From Prasinococcaceae sp. CCMP 1430 (Eukaryota > Plantae > Prasinodermophyta): DNA of 64,000 nt. The DNA lies in the NCBI GenBank assembly GCA_013416795.1, contig RQSC01000518.1, positions 162,533 through 226,532 of the forward strand, written 5' to 3'. Below, in pieces: positions 63,118 to 64,000 of this stretch (position 1 is the first letter of the stretch; the number at the start of each line of letters is the position of its first letter). Both the position numbers and the translations under genes were made by a program. The notes under the pieces were generated by a model. That model was not told the origin of the DNA, did not search any database, and saw only the letters and a list, made by a program, of their open reading frames with translations.

Positions 63118-64000
63118 AAAAAAAAACCAAGGCTTGAGCCCAAAGGTGGAGGCAGGAGGAAACCCGAGTTTACAAAGGCTTCTTTCTTGGTTTTCAAAGA
63201 AAGGATTTTCTCTTGAGCGTATGCGATAAGGGTTTTTTCTTTCTTTTCTGTGTATAGGGGGTGTACGACCCGAAGCCAGGCGAGCTTTCCATCTCCAGGT
63301 TGAAGTCGAAAGTCTTTCGATGGAGGACCGAACCGGTGAATGTGGCAAAATTCTCGGATGAGGGGTGGAAAGGAGTGAAAGGCTTACCAAGCCTGGTGAT
63401 AGCTGGTTCTCCGCGAAATCTATGTAGGTAGACTAGACCCAGACTCCTTTTCGGAGGTAGAGCACTTGTTGGATGACGGGAGCCCAAACCTTTACGAAGT
63501 CCAAGAAAACTCCGAAGGCCGACAAAGGGTGGGTATCTGTACAGACTCTGGGCGCGAAGGTCCAGGGTCGAGAGGGGAAGAGCCCAGACCGTCCGTTAAG
63601 GTCCCAAAGTGTGCCCTGAGTGCGCAAGGAAGTCAGAAAACAGAGACATTCAGGAGATGGGCTTGGAAGCAGCCGTTCTATGATGATCGCGTACCAGCGC
63701 ACTGAATGAGTTTTTTGGCGCCGACCATACTCGGGACTGAAGGGCACCACCGAAACGACGGAGAACGATTCGTTCTGGTAGCGGAGCGTCCTGTGTTCCT
63801 TTGAAGGAAAAAGGATACTTTTTCTGGAGGACTCGGGAGTGAGCATGCTGACATGAGTAACGAGGCTCGGGGAGCCAATCCCCGTCGCCGTATGCGCACG
63901 GGTTCCACAGCACTGTTGACCATCTGTGGAAGACACGGATCCTAAGAAGATGAGAGAAGTCTCACTTTGATGGAGGATGTTTTTGAAGGACGGCTTTCTT
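63118..64000 (+). rRNA. rnl: Mitochondrial LSU rRNA exon 1 (from about E. coli 600 onward); second copy, continuing into sequence identical to 43688 onward
   Basis: gacccgaagccaggcga, ggaggaccgaacc, gatagctggttctccgcgaaa, gtagcggagcgt, atgctgacatgagtaacga. Confidence 0.9.
63946..64000 (+). repeat. Exact direct repeat of 43688-43742 (offset 20,258 bp)
   Basis: gaagatgagagaagtctcactttgatggaggatgtttttgaaggacggctttctt occurs at both sites and runs to the window end. Confidence 0.97.

Noticed and set aside
62311-63390. 359-aa rps3 ORF with an unusual N-terminus
   Set aside because: The N-terminal part is antisense rnl read across the n at 63117, so it is a join artefact.

Overview
The window has two very different parts. 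(1) 1-43687 is GC-rich, gene-dense, intron-containing nuclear DNA of a green alga. It holds a 5'-partial giant Cys-rich multi-TM protein, CS-domain and alpha/beta-hydrolase ORFs, a two-domain WRKY factor, head-to-head flavodiiron genes flvA/flvB, RPC11, CDC6, a GRAM-domain protein, class II DAHP synthase, a HECT E3, a PAP2 phosphatase, TPR and SET proteins, eIF3b and an AP180/ANTH protein. (2) 43688-64000 is about 20 kb of mitochondrial DNA joined without a gap: rns, a three-piece rnl, 15 tRNAs and 20 protein genes (cob, nad3/4L/9, atp8/9, sdh3, an sdh4-like ORF, tatC, an S10-spc-alpha ribosomal protein cluster). The architecture recalls what I remember being reported for Prasinoderma coloniale mtDNA; this identification is an inference. 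Three signals stand out. First, TTA is absent from the bodies of all 20 mt genes on a by-eye scan, yet occurs at the plausible C-termini of tatC, rpl5 and rps3, suggesting UUA Leu-to-stop reassignment; trnL(caa) is present and no trnL(uaa) is seen in the window. Second, rnl is interrupted by two split group I introns: the L1931 halves bracket the whole SSU rRNA gene, and the L2500 halves lie on opposite strands, requiring trans-splicing. Third, repeated promoter- or processing-like motifs sit upstream of mt genes and rnl modules. Whether the mt block is a recent NUMT or a chimeric assembly cannot be decided from this sequence.
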